Positions 1 through 10,636 of a DNA stretch of 64,000 nucleotides are shown here, one piece after another. The notes beneath the pieces are model-generated. The model searched no databases. It was not told where the DNA came from and saw only the letters and a list, made by a program, of their open reading frames with translations. The stretch comes from Rhynchopus sp. YZ270_cl-10 (Eukaryota): NCBI GenBank assembly GCA_964035575.1, contig OZ037837.1:806001-870000 (forward strand), read 5' to 3'. Both the position numbers and the translations under genes were made by a program. Within the stretch, counting starts at the first letter, position 1; each line of letters begins with the position of its first letter.

Positions 1-416
1 TGAGGGTGGGTGCGGTAATCGTTGTTCAGCTTCTGCACCAGTCATCACCCCCCCTATATTCCTATAGTATACCCCCCATGTTCTCCCCCATATTCGATGA
101 AAGACCATATGGGCCGATATGTTGTGTCCCAGAGAACCTAACACCCGTGAGGCGTGTGGATCTTGCTAGCGCCGCCACCACAAACCCCAGGACTGAAGCA
201 AAAGGGGCTCAAAAGCTATGACCTCATGAGCAGTGCACACCTGATGCCACATTGTGCGTGCAACAGCGTGCATCTATGGAAATAGAGCACAGCAATACGT
301 CATTAATTCATTCATGAAACGGAGGATGACGTGGCACCACAGCGCTCACAGTACGCAATGAAACGGTACAATCGCAGCCTTGCCCACTCGAATTCCCTTC
401 CCCACCCCAAAGCCTT

Positions 417-2183
417 CTACTCACAGTTGTCCCTGCCCACAGCAGTCGTGCATGCCAAGGCCACACTCAGAAGCCCGCCCTTGACTGTCGAGGGATGCAC
501 GTTCAAAGGGCTCCGTTCACAAGGACAACCCTGTGCAGCGTCTTCAACCGCTGCTGCAGACACATCGCCTTTCAGGTACTTCCGCACTGCTGTGTTGTAG
601 TTCTCCCACTTCTTGTTCCCGATCTGGTACATCCATTCTTCGGTTTCATGCTCACCTTCTTCGTTGCCAGGCAGAAGCTCGGCAACCACTTCAGGTATGT
701 AAGAGGTTGCAGACACTTCCACCTTGCACGGAATCAGGCGCATCTCGTGTTCGCACTCAGCATCGCTGAAGCACATACGGTTGCAGAGCACGTCGCAGCC
801 AAGGATACGTCCTGCACGTTCCATCCCATGCACGTCACGCACAAGTGTGCCCACCATGCTGAAGCGGCGCATCACTTCACACCCCATCTCACCACGCAGC
901 ACCTTCCCAGTTGCAACACCGATGTTCACCTGTGACAGCTTCAGCCCCTTGAAGAGCATTGTTGCTGTGTGCAGTGCTGAGGTGGCGTGGTTTGCACACT
1001 GCCTTGACGTGTTGAATGAGCAGTGCACCCTGTCACCGACAAACACGTCCACCATCCCACGGTGTAACTCTGTTGCCTGCAACGTCTTCAGAAGAAGAGT
1101 TGTGAAGAAGGAGGAGAAGTGTGCACTGTCCTGCTCCACCAGACGCAACGTGTCTTTGATGTTCACCGTCAGCAGAGTCGCCTTCACAGACGTGAGCCCC
1201 AAAGCAACGTGTCGTACAATTGCAGCAGGTAAACTTCCATTTGTGGAACTCTCAGAAGATGCTGTTTGCTCTGCACAATCTTGTTCTGTACCTTCTGAAC
1301 TGACGTCTTCAGCGCACTCAACTTCGCTGTCTTCATCCACAAGCAGACACGTCAGTGGCAGGTACGCTTTGTACGACCGCAGGTTCTTCTCCAACGCACG
1401 CAGTGCCACCGTCATCCCCTCAGGCAGCTCATGTTCATGCTCCTCCAGCAGCTCCGCCACCTTCTCCACGTCGTACCTTGCCAGGAGTGAGGCGATCTCC
1501 TGCACTGCGTTGATCGTCCGCTCCATTGATGCTTGCTCCTTCAGTACGTCACGTGCGAAACCACGCGTCACGATGAAGTCAATCACAAACACAGACAATG
1601 ACGTTATGAGGGGAGATGAAGGGAACGGTGTTGGGCACGGCAGCGTTTCACAGACAAACTTCTCCTTTGAGTAATACAGCCGTCCGTACTCACCCTCCTG
1701 TTCAGGCACCCCGGGGATCTCGAACAGACCAAACCTGAAGCTCTCCTCAACACCAAGCAGCACTAACCACATGATAATGAAACCCACAAGCCCGAGACTG
1801 TACCGTGCGGGCACCTGCATCACAAGCAGCATGTCGATGACGAGCACGAGGAGAGGCCACTGATGCATGAAGATCGTTCTTGCATTCAAATCCCACAACA
1901 GTACCCCAAATGTCATCATGTACAGCGTGCCCACCACCACCTTTGTTGTCAACGGAACCCTGCACAGCACTGCACAGATCACAGTGCTGAGCGTAACCAT
2001 GACCACCAGTGTTCCTGCTATGTTCATGGGGGTGTGATAGGTATCGAAATTGAACACCAGATCCAGTACATTACCCCACCAACCCACACAGGCAGCGATG
2101 AAGACCTGTGTGCGCAGCTCCTTCCCTTTCCTGCTCAGTGTCCCATCCAAGGAGAGCACGCCATTGAGACACTGCATCCCCAT
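417..2183 (-). CDS. Multi-TM class III nucleotide (adenylyl/guanylyl) cyclase-like protein, copy 1; catalytic motifs degenerate
   Basis: 588-aa ORF with several N-terminal hydrophobic helices, then cyclase-fold motifs GMVDVFVGDRVHCSFN, VNIGVATGKVLRGEMG and RFSMVGTLV. The true N-terminus may lie further upstream (frameshift near 2187). Confidence 0.75.
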   Translation of the reverse strand: MGMQCLNGVLSLDGTLSRKGKELRTQVFIAACVGWWGNVLDLVFNFDTYHTPMNIAGTLVVMVTLSTVICAVLCRVPLTTKVVVGTLYMMTFGVLLWDLNARTIFMHQWPLLVLVIDMLLVMQVPARYSLGLVGFIIMWLVLLGVEESFRFGLFEIPGVPEQEGEYGRLYYSKEKFVCETLPCPTPFPSSPLITSLSVFVIDFIVTRGFARDVLKEQASMERTINAVQEIASLLARYDVEKVAELLEEHEHELPEGMTVALRALEKNLRSYKAYLPLTCLLVDEDSEVECAEDVSSEGTEQDCAEQTASSESSTNGSLPAAIVRHVALGLTSVKATLLTVNIKDTLRLVEQDSAHFSSFFTTLLLKTLQATELHRGMVDVFVGDRVHCSFNTSRQCANHATSALHTATMLFKGLKLSQVNIGVATGKVLRGEMGCEVMRRFSMVGTLVRDVHGMERAGRILGCDVLCNRMCFSDAECEHEMRLIPCKVEVSATSYIPEVVAELLPGNEEGEHETEEWMYQIGNKKWENYNTAVRKYLKGDVSAAAVEDAAQGCPCERSPLNVHPSTVKGGLLSVALACTTAVGRDNCE

Positions 2184-2790
2184 CTCCTCCCGTCAGGTAT
2201 CCTGTGTTCTTGTGGAGGAGTGGTTGGGTCAGAAATGATAAAGAGAACTCACGTGGTTGGATAGAAAAAGAACTGAACTGAAGCTGCCGGTATGATACTC
2301 TTTCGGAGGGGACACACTGCGAGACGAAGTCTTGCTTGCACATCGCGCAACACTTCCAGAAGGAGTCGTGGGGATGTTGTGAGGAAGACCGAACGATGGC
2401 TGTGTCCGGTATGTGGCTGGCGCACAACAAGTGCTCTCTCTAGACCCACAGCACCATGTTAATGCTGTCACTCTGCACTACTCTCAAGAACTAGGCGACA
2501 CAGTTCTGATTCTAAATGCTGAGAAAAGTTGTTTCAGTATAGAACCTCAACACCCCTCAGGTGTGTGGATCTTGCTCGCGTTCACCACAAAACCCAAGAC
2601 TGAAGAAAGAGGCAAAAGCTACGCCCTCATGAGCAGTGCACACCTGATGCCACATTGTGCGTGCAACAGCGTGCATCTATGGAAATAGAGCACAGCAATA
2701 CGCTATGAATACATTCATGAAACGGAGGATGACGTGGCACCACAGCGCTCACAGTACGCAATAAAACGGTACAATCGCAGCCTTGCCCAC

Positions 2791-4593
2791 TCAGATTCCC
2801 TTCCCCACCCCAAAGCCTTCGACTGGGTTGTCCCCTGTACCCCCCAGCAACGGTCGTGCCAAGGCCACACTCAGAAGCCCGCCCTTGACTGTCGAAGGAT
2901 GCACGTTCAAAGGGCTCCGTTCACAAGGACAACCCTGTGCAGCGTCTTCAACAGCTGCTGCAGACACATCGCCTTTCAGGTACTTCCGCACTGCTGTGTT
3001 GTAGTTCTCCCACTTCTTGTTCTTCCCGATCTGGTACATCCATTCTTCGGTTTCATGTTCGGCTTCTTCGTTGCCAGGCAGAAGCTCGGCAACCACTTCA
3101 GGTGTGTAAGAGGTTGCAGACACTTCCACCTTGCACGGAATCAGGCGCATCTCGTGTTCGCACTCAGCATCGCTGAAGCACATACGGTTGCAGAGCACGT
3201 CGCAGCCAAGGATACGTCCTGCACGTTCCATCCCATGCACGTCACGCACAAGTGTGCCCACCATGCTGAAGCGGCGCATCACGTCACATCCCATCTCACC
3301 ACGCAGCACCTTCCCAGTTGCAACACCGATGTTCACCTGCGACAGCTTCAGCCCCTTGAAGAGCATCGTTGCTGTGTGCAGTGCTGAGGTGGCGTGGTTT
3401 GCACACTGCCTTGACGTGTTGAATGAGCAGTGCACCCTGTCACCGACGAACACGTCCACCATCCCACGGTGTGACTCTGTTGCCTGCAACGTCTTCAGAA
3501 GAAGAGTTGTGAAGAAGGAGGAGAAGTGTGCACTGTCCTGCTCCACCATACGCAACGTGTCTTTGATGTTCACCGTCAGCAGAGTCGCCTTCACAGACGT
3601 GAGCCCCAAAGCAACGTGTCGTACAATTGCAGCAGGTAAACTTCTATTTGTGGAACTCTCAGAAGATGCTGTTTGCTCTGCACAATCTTGTTCTGTACCT
3701 TCTGAACTGACGTCTTCAGCACACTCAACTTCGCTGTCTTCATCCACAAGCAGACACGTCAGTGGCAGGTACGCTTTGTACGACCGCAGGTTCTTCTCCA
3801 ACGCACGCAGTGCCACCGTCATCCCCTCAGGCAGCTCATGTTCATGCTCCTCCAGCAGCTCCGCCACCTTCTCCACGTCGTACCTCGCCAGGAGTGAGGC
3901 GATCTCCTGCACAGTGTTGATCGTCCGCTCCATTGATGCTTGCTCCTTCAGTACCTCACGTGCGAAACCACGCGTCACGATGAAGTCAATCGCAAACACA
4001 GACACTGCACTTAATAGGGGAGGAGAAGGGAACGATCTTGGGCACGGCAGCGTTTCACAGACAAACTTCTCCTTCAAGTAATACAGCCGTCCGTACTCAC
4101 CCTTCTGCTCTGACAACCCGGGCATCTCGAACAGACCAAACCTGAAGCTCTCCTCAACACCAAGCAGCACTAACCACATGATAATGAAACAGACAAGACC
4201 CAGACTGTACACCTTGGGCACCTGCATCACAAGCAGCATGTCGATGACGAGCACGAGGAGAGGCCACTGATGCATGAAGATCGTTCTTGCATTCAAATCC
4301 CACAACAGTACCCCAAATGTCATCATGTACAGCGTGCCCACCACCACCTTTGTTGTCAACGGAACCCTGCACAGCACCGCACAGATCGCCATGCTGAGCG
4401 TCAGCATAAGCACCAGTGTTCCTGCTAAGATGATGGGTGTGCTTCTCTGTGAATCAAAATTCACCACCAGAGCAAGTGCATTAACGCACCATCCCACACA
4501 GGAAGCGATGAAGAACTGTGTGCGCATCTCCTTCCTTTTGCTGCTCAGTGTCCCGTCCAAGGAGAGCACGCCATTGAGACACTGCATCCCCAT
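2791..4593 (-). CDS. Multi-TM class III nucleotide cyclase-like protein, copy 2 (tandem duplicate)
   Basis: 600-aa ORF nearly identical to 417-2183 in the cyclase half, more diverged in the TM region, with a different C-terminal tail. Confidence 0.75.
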   Translation of the reverse strand: MGMQCLNGVLSLDGTLSSKRKEMRTQFFIASCVGWCVNALALVVNFDSQRSTPIILAGTLVLMLTLSMAICAVLCRVPLTTKVVVGTLYMMTFGVLLWDLNARTIFMHQWPLLVLVIDMLLVMQVPKVYSLGLVCFIIMWLVLLGVEESFRFGLFEMPGLSEQKGEYGRLYYLKEKFVCETLPCPRSFPSPPLLSAVSVFAIDFIVTRGFAREVLKEQASMERTINTVQEIASLLARYDVEKVAELLEEHEHELPEGMTVALRALEKNLRSYKAYLPLTCLLVDEDSEVECAEDVSSEGTEQDCAEQTASSESSTNRSLPAAIVRHVALGLTSVKATLLTVNIKDTLRMVEQDSAHFSSFFTTLLLKTLQATESHRGMVDVFVGDRVHCSFNTSRQCANHATSALHTATMLFKGLKLSQVNIGVATGKVLRGEMGCDVMRRFSMVGTLVRDVHGMERAGRILGCDVLCNRMCFSDAECEHEMRLIPCKVEVSATSYTPEVVAELLPGNEEAEHETEEWMYQIGKNKKWENYNTAVRKYLKGDVSAAAVEDAAQGCPCERSPLNVHPSTVKGGLLSVALARPLLGGTGDNPVEGFGVGKGI

Positions 4594-6129
4594 CTCCCCT
4601 CCCGTCAGGTATCCTGTGTTCTTGTGGAGGGGTGGTTTGGATAGCTATGTATTCCCGATACTCATAAACACTTTACGCCTGGAGGGGTACGGTGCCACGA
4701 GGCAGAGGCACGAGGGTGGTTTTGGTAGGGGGATCTCCCTCAGAGGGCACCAGAGTGAGAGTCTCAGCAATTTCGAGCAAGACTCACAATAAGGAGGAGG
4801 GGAAGAGGTTAACGTCTTCTTGAGGAACACCTTCGTTCAGAAGAGCAGTCGTCTCCCTTGCGTTCCGGTACAGTTGTCCTCTTGTATGTTCGCAACTCTG
4901 CCACACAGGACGCAAACCCTTCCCCCCTACCTGTCAACAAAAGGGTTTGTGCACCCAGTAACCCTCCCCTAAGAACTGTGATTCCCCTCCGCTCCCTTAA
5001 CACCATTGACCCCTCTGTGCCCATGCACCCCCTCTTACGTAACCTACTTCCCGTTTGAGTTGTGTTAACCCAAAGGTCATACAGAAAGCCTGTGTACAGC
5101 ATGCAGACAACTCTAGCGGCGCCCCTACCTGGCTAGTGTGTGTAGTAACATACAGCACTGCATCGAAGGGGTTGTCCAAATGACACACAACGCACGCTCT
5201 TGCTTGTTGCCTTTACGTATTTACAGACCTGCACGAACAACGATGAGGATCATTGCTGCACTGCATCGAAGGGTTGCACAACTGGGGAATGCGTATGCGT
5301 ACCCTGCTTGACGACATCCTAAACCAAATAATCAGCGATACCATCCCAACGTGCAAAGTCTCAACCCAGGACCTCATCCCAAAACACTCAAGGTGTTTGG
5401 ATCTTTGCGCCACGACACAGCGACAGTATTGCTTAGACAACAACTGCTGCACAGTCACAATAGTCGCTGTGCACAAAGGGGGCAAGAAGTGAAGCAGGAA
5501 AATAGTTCAGGTATGGGTAGTGACGTGAAGGGTTTTGGAGAGAAAAATTAAATTTGGTTGGTTCTTCATTGGTTTGCTCTGGATTTATGTTTTGTGCTTT
5601 TTATTTTGAAAACTTGATTTTATTTAGCGTAGACACCCGAGGATGTACACCACTGCACCAACCGCTATAAAGTAACCTCATGAACACGGTGACATCTCTC
5701 CCTATTTGTTTGCTTGAAAAATAAAAGGTATTTTTTGTCTACAGTCAATGTTTTGGTCTTGTTGGACCTGAGAAAACGCGTGCATGTTGATCATACACAC
5801 GAACCATTGACACACTCCAACGAACTTCACATCGCGGGAAATGGGTTGACAAAAACTAGACGATATCACCCGCCAACTGATCTTGATAACAATAAAAATA
5901 TAACAGTGTTTTTCGTTGAACGCAGCCAAATAGGGGTAAAAATCTGTTTGGCGCAAGGTGAAAGGAATCAAGGGGAAATACTGTTATTGGTGCTCCTGAA
6001 AACCCCATTTTGCGTACTTATTGTGTACTTGCTGCGTACTTGTTGCGCACTTTGTGCACGAAAAATATATCCGTTTCGCTTGATCAGATCTCGACCGTTT
6101 GTTGCATTGCACGCTTCCACCTGCCGACA

Positions 6130-6213
<84 letters not shown>

Positions 6214-6555
6214 AAAAAATTGATTGTTTCCAGCACACGCGGACTGTGTCAGTGTGTGATGGTATATGATTATTGCCTGAAGTACAGAAAATGGGAGTGT
6301 CGGTGGCGGAGCACAAAAGAGGTAAAATGAGAAACATATCGGGTGGGGTCTCTGATCTAATCTGTGCGACGAATATATTTCCCCTAACACGCCATGTTTG
6401 GCCAGGGCCTCTCCAGCGCGTCAGTTGCAAAATATATCCGTTTCGCTTGATCAGATCTCGACCGTTTGTTGCATTGCACGCTTCCACTCAGGACCCTAAG
6501 GACCCTCGGATCGAAGGGACGCCGCGCGAACGATGAATGGGATTACGCTCCGCTG

Positions 6556-9081
6556 CTAAACCGGTAGTGTGATCGGGTAGTCTGCCACCACGCCTCTCGT
6601 GTACTTGTCTGCTTTTTGCTCCAACGTCGGTACCCATTCACATGCGACTTGGATGCGGGCGCCGGCCGCTAGGGTGAAAAGTTCGGCGATCACGAAATTT
6701 GAGCGGTAGTCTGAAGAGTGGCCCCTCTGGAGGCTGTGTACAGCCGGGAGGTTGTCGACCATCAGCCTGAGTCGCGTAGTATGTACCGATCTTGCCGCAA
6801 GTGCTACGGCCTGCTTTGCCGCGTAAAGTTCCTTCCTGTATATATGCCAGTGTTCCTGCTCGTTAGAGAAATCCGCCTGTGACACCTGCTGCGGTTCTGA
6901 CTCAAGGATCGCCGCCCACGCCTTCGAGGAAGCATCGGACCATGCTGTGATAGATGATGTTGGTCCCCGTTCAATCCATGGATTTTCCTTAATACGTATC
7001 GTCCTCTCCTTTACTTCCTTCACCACCGAAGGGCGCACTGCTGTAGGCGTGTCCCATGCAGCCGTGTTGTATAAGTCTCGAGCGATGTCTCTCATGAAGC
7101 TCAGTGTCGCGGGTAGGAAACATAGAAAAGAGTTTGTAATATATGAGTGCCACACCATGCCCCCGACCACCTTGTAGATTTCCCTAGGGGTTGCCATCCC
7201 TCCGGTTACCTTCGCGTGTGCACTATTCGCTAAAAATTTCTTAATCCACTCCGGGTCTGAACGATAAATATGGTGTCTGAGGTCGAAAGAGACGCCGAAA
7301 GTTTCAAAAAGTTGTGTGGGTACCCCGTAGCCTTTCTCGTCCAAAGTCATCTTCGCGTCCACAGCGTTGCATCGGGAGAGGAATTTTTGAAACTGCTTGG
7401 TCGCCTCATCCTCCGTGTCTGCGGTGACAATGAAGTTGTCAACCCACGTGACGCCCTCTGACGGTGGCAACAGTACTCTCGCCGCTCGGTTCGCAATGCA
7501 CGGGGCGAACTTCCACCCCATGCACAGAGCTTTTAGTCTTGTGGTCACGAACTCTCCTCGCTGTGGTGCTACTTTTACCCCGAAGAAGTCCCTGATGTCT
7601 GGGTGCACCGGAAACTGGTAAAACCAGCTCTTCCCGTCTGTATTCACCACCCAGTTGGCTTGTAGAATTTGATGTATCACCTGGGGCATTCGCGGGAGCC
7701 ACATGTCCGGTGGGTGCCGCATGCAGTCGTTTAGCTTTCTGCCATCCAGAACAAACCTTCTCCCTCCCGACTTCTTCTCCACTGTGAATCCGTGCAGTAC
7801 GACGGTGGGTTCCTGATCCACTTCCTCCAACACGTTATAGTCCTTCAGCGCTTTTAGGTGGTGCATGAGATTTCGTGAGATCTTTTTCCGGAAATGTGTG
7901 TCGTATCTTACGTTCTCTAGAGCCCCTTCCAGGAACTGCGTGTAAAAGCTTTTTGGATCTGTGATCAGATCAATCACTCCCTGCAGTTCACCTGTCACGT
8001 CCAACTCCTGCAGCTTTCGCATGTCCATGAAACCGGCGCATATTGGCGCGATGTAGTCGTCTTCTGGAATACCGCGCACACGGGGTGGTCTGCACAGCTT
8101 TCCATTCACCGACACTGCGAGGACATCGTTGTATAGCGCCTCCAAACCCGGCCCCATGTCTTTTTCGTCCTCTGGATTGTAGCGTGTCTTTTCCCCTGGG
8201 ATCCATGGTACGCCAGGTATCTTCCCCTGGAGCAAGTACTTCACATGGCTGCCTGCAGCTGCTGCGACATGGTTGCCGTCACGTCCACCCTCTGTAGTCC
8301 CGCTTCTGCGACGTATCGGATCAGAGACTCCGTTGTTTGGTGGCGGGTGAGGAGGCATATTTCGTCGAGGGGCACCTTCTGTTTCAGGAGGAACTGCGCA
8401 GCCCCTCTTCTCAGTGAGTGCGACGACAGCTCCCTGTTGACTCTCTGTAGTGCGGCTCCGAGTTGGTGCGATGTTATCCCTGGTGGGAAAACCAAACCTT
8501 GCTGATCGCGGACAGCTTGCAGTCGTTGTACTAAAATTTCCTGCGCTGTTTTTGTGAGATGGTGGCCCGTGAAGCGTCCCAGCTGGAAAGGATCTCCTTT
8601 GGTCTCCCTCCAATGCACTGCCACCACTCCGTCTGGTCTGATGGTGATCTCCTGCTTCTTGAGTCGCAGCACGTCCGACGCCCTCCCCGCCGTCACCCAA
8701 CACATAGCCAGTGCTAAACGTATCAACGGCTTCTTCTCCAGCTCGATCGCCGATGCGACTTCGGAGGGACGTGCTGGCTTGGCCTGCTTGCCCGGCATCA
8801 GTGCTCCCATCCTTCGCAGACTCCGACGATAATCCTGCACCATTTGGGACTCCGCCAGGCGTGCGTCCCCTGTCCGCCGTAACGCCGCCGCCACGTCCAT
8901 CGTATATTGCAGCGCCGAACTCTCCGTGACTCCGTCTAAAGACCTTTTCTTTTCCACCCAATATATGAGCGCCACTTCGTGTGAGATTGTGCATGTGTGT
9001 TTCTCCTCCCAAGCGTTTTTGAATTCGAAGTATCGCCGACACGTGCTTTGGAGGCTCTTCCAGGAGGACTCCGCTAAGCAT
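6556..9081 (-). CDS. Reverse transcriptase-RNase H (ORF3), DIRS-group; real start uncertain, RT-like sequence begins near ~8200
   Basis: RT motifs FTVEKKSGGRRFVLDGRKLN, DGKSWFYQ, LCMGWKFAP, WVDN; RNase H motifs WSDAS, ELYAA, VDNL, WVPTLEQKADKYTR. Confidence 0.92.
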   Translation of the reverse strand: MLSGVLLEEPPKHVSAILRIQKRLGGETHMHNLTRSGAHILGGKEKVFRRSHGEFGAAIYDGRGGGVTADRGRTPGGVPNGAGLSSESAKDGSTDAGQAGQASTSLRSRIGDRAGEEAVDTFSTGYVLGDGGEGVGRAATQEAGDHHQTRRSGGSALEGDQRRSFPAGTLHGPPSHKNSAGNFSTTTASCPRSARFGFPTRDNIAPTRSRTTESQQGAVVALTEKRGCAVPPETEGAPRRNMPPHPPPNNGVSDPIRRRSGTTEGGRDGNHVAAAAGSHVKYLLQGKIPGVPWIPGEKTRYNPEDEKDMGPGLEALYNDVLAVSVNGKLCRPPRVRGIPEDDYIAPICAGFMDMRKLQELDVTGELQGVIDLITDPKSFYTQFLEGALENVRYDTHFRKKISRNLMHHLKALKDYNVLEEVDQEPTVVLHGFTVEKKSGGRRFVLDGRKLNDCMRHPPDMWLPRMPQVIHQILQANWVVNTDGKSWFYQFPVHPDIRDFFGVKVAPQRGEFVTTRLKALCMGWKFAPCIANRAARVLLPPSEGVTWVDNFIVTADTEDEATKQFQKFLSRCNAVDAKMTLDEKGYGVPTQLFETFGVSFDLRHHIYRSDPEWIKKFLANSAHAKVTGGMATPREIYKVVGGMVWHSYITNSFLCFLPATLSFMRDIARDLYNTAAWDTPTAVRPSVVKEVKERTIRIKENPWIERGPTSSITAWSDASSKAWAAILESEPQQVSQADFSNEQEHWHIYRKELYAAKQAVALAARSVHTTRLRLMVDNLPAVHSLQRGHSSDYRSNFVIAELFTLAAGARIQVACEWVPTLEQKADKYTRGVVADYPITLPV

Positions 9082-9191
9082 CGGGCGAGGGTTGTCTGAG
9101 TCGATTGAATTATTGTATTTTCCTGTTTGTTTGTGAGGGGGGTCTCGTGTTGTCGTTTTCTGCCTCTTTCGCTGGGGGGAGGAAAGAGCAT
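8241..9191 (-). CDS. Tyrosine recombinase (ORF2)
   Basis: Catalytic motifs GRASD (R), HSLRRG (HxxR), TRH (H) and LIRYV (Y) are intact. Confidence 0.92.
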   Translation of the reverse strand: MLFPPPSERGRKRQHETPLTNKQENTIIQSTQTTLARCLAESSWKSLQSTCRRYFEFKNAWEEKHTCTISHEVALIYWVEKKRSLDGVTESSALQYTMDVAAALRRTGDARLAESQMVQDYRRSLRRMGALMPGKQAKPARPSEVASAIELEKKPLIRLALAMCWVTAGRASDVLRLKKQEITIRPDGVVAVHWRETKGDPFQLGRFTGHHLTKTAQEILVQRLQAVRDQQGLVFPPGITSHQLGAALQRVNRELSSHSLRRGAAQFLLKQKVPLDEICLLTRHQTTESLIRYVAEAGLQRVDVTATMSQQLQAAM

Positions 9192-9206
9192 CTGCGCGTA
9201 GGGCAG

Positions 9207-10253
9207 TCAGTTCTTCCCCCCGCGTCCCCCCTTTCCCTGGTTCTCGGTGCGTCGGTCGCTGGTACGGTCGTAGTCCCTCTTCCTGTCGTTTTGGTTTGTG
9301 TCCCCTCGGTAACCCCCCGTGGTGCCTCGGTCGTTGTTTCGGTTGTACTCCTTCTTTTTATTCTTCCCCGCCTCTACCAGCTGCTCCAACATACGCGTCT
9401 GCAGCTGCACGGTGAAAGCTTCGGGGAGATAGCCGTTTGCCCTCTTCTCGTACGTCAGACGGATGTTCCTGCCGTATATGCCCAGATGGGTGGAGGCGGA
9501 CATGGTCACCACTACCCTGTGCAACACCGCCATCGTCCCCCCGTTGTCTGCTGGGTTTGGTTTTAAAGCGTTTAGAGTGGTGTCGAGGAAATCGAAATTG
9601 CGTCTCATCTCTACCTCGTGCTCGCGGGCCACATCAAGGTTTGCAGGAAGTGCGTATTCTTTGAATACTTTGCTGACTTCCGTCCTGATCAGTGTCTTCA
9701 CCTGGGGTACGTGTACGTTTTTCCATGTCCCGACCACCTCTGCATGGAAACCCTGGGGTAGTGCGAGGTTTCGCTGTTCCTCCAACGCCGTCATCCTGCC
9801 GTTCAACGCAACCATCTGGTCCCTCATCTGCATCAGGATCACCATCATGTCCTGCTGTTGTGGTGCGTTCTGTGGTTGTTGCTGCTGTTGTGCTGCGTTC
9901 TGCTGTGCTGGGATATCCGGTGCCGGGTCAGAAGCGTTGCTCACGGCGTCGTCCAGTGGGATCGCGAAAGCGCGTATCCACTCACACACTGGACACGACC
10001 ACCCCAACTCCAGAATGCCATCCGTGAACTCCGTGCGTGTTTGGCCCTGCGGGAGTACGTTGCGGATGCATGTCACCGTAGTTCGGTGGCCGCAGCGCCA
10101 GCAGTTTGCGCCTCCTCCGTGCACCGTGGCGCAGCTCGGGAACACGCATCCCGCCGCCGCCTCTGCCGGCTGCCCCTCTGCTCTGCCCACCTCCACCTGC
10201 GCCCACTCAACGTCGTGCGCGTTGGCGGGGAAGTCGTCCCGGGTAAGGGCCAT
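9207..10253 (-). CDS. gag-like ORF1 of the YR retrotransposon
   Basis: 348 aa: N-terminal Cys cluster (CVFPSC..CWRC..TC..WSCPVC), Q-rich linker, coiled coil, basic R/G-rich tail. First ORF of the element. Confidence 0.75.
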   Translation of the reverse strand: MALTRDDFPANAHDVEWAQVEVGRAEGQPAEAAAGCVFPSCATVHGGGANCWRCGHRTTVTCIRNVLPQGQTRTEFTDGILELGWSCPVCEWIRAFAIPLDDAVSNASDPAPDIPAQQNAAQQQQQPQNAPQQQDMMVILMQMRDQMVALNGRMTALEEQRNLALPQGFHAEVVGTWKNVHVPQVKTLIRTEVSKVFKEYALPANLDVAREHEVEMRRNFDFLDTTLNALKPNPADNGGTMAVLHRVVVTMSASTHLGIYGRNIRLTYEKRANGYLPEAFTVQLQTRMLEQLVEAGKNKKKEYNRNNDRGTTGGYRGDTNQNDRKRDYDRTSDRRTENQGKGGRGGKN

Positions 10254-10298
10254 GTTGACGGTTTGAAAAAAGGGCTCGTGGTCCCTGGCTCCTCTCTG

Positions 10299-10586
10299 GG
10301 CTCGTAGTCCCTGCTTTTGCTTTTTACTTCTGTATCCTTTTAGAGTATGGCTCGTAGTCCCTGCTTTTGCTTTTTACTTCTGTATCCTTTTAGAGTATGG
10401 CTCGTAGTCCCTGCTTTTGCTTTTTACTTCTGTATCCTTTTAGAGTATGGCTCGTAGTCCCTGCTTTTGCTTTTTACTTCTGTATCCTTTTAGAGTATGG
10501 CTCGTAGTCCCTGCTTTTGCTTTTTACTTCTGTATCCTTTTAGAGTATGGCTCGTAGTCCCTGCTTTTGCTTTTTCTTCTGTATCT
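10299..10586. repeat. 50-bp tandem repeat (~5.7 copies) in the 5' leader of the YR element
   Basis: Unit ggctcgtagtccctgcttttgctttttacttctgtatccttttagagtat at 10299, 10349, 10399, 10449, 10499 and partially at 10549. Confidence 0.95.
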
Positions 10587-10636
10587 CCCCTGCTTTTTCT
10601 GTTTCTGTATTGTTTCTGAAAATATTTTTTTTTTTT

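Larger units (their letters stand above)
140..4630. repeat. ~2.4-kb tandem duplication of the cyclase-like gene and its 3' flank
   Basis: ~140-2225 matches ~2545-4630, e.g. ctcatgagcagtgcacacctgatgccacattg at ~223 and ~2626. Confidence 0.9.

Noticed and set aside
4640..5130. Another HDV-like ribozyme (GAACGAAGG motif at ~4830, minus strand)
   Set aside because: Only simple hairpins can be drawn; no P1/P3 pseudoknot and no TSD found.
6556..9081. RT as a diversity-generating retroelement acting on the LRR genes
   Set aside because: The RT is DIRS-type with RNase H inside a complete YR element; I see no template/variable repeat pair and no evident adenine-specific variation.
10299..10586. CRISPR-like array
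   Set aside because: Head-to-tail identical 50-mers with no unique spacers and no cas genes; eukaryotic TE leader.
10595..10620. gtttctgtattg resembling a euglenozoan spliced-leader fragment
   Set aside because: The match is short and lacks the rest of the mini-exon.
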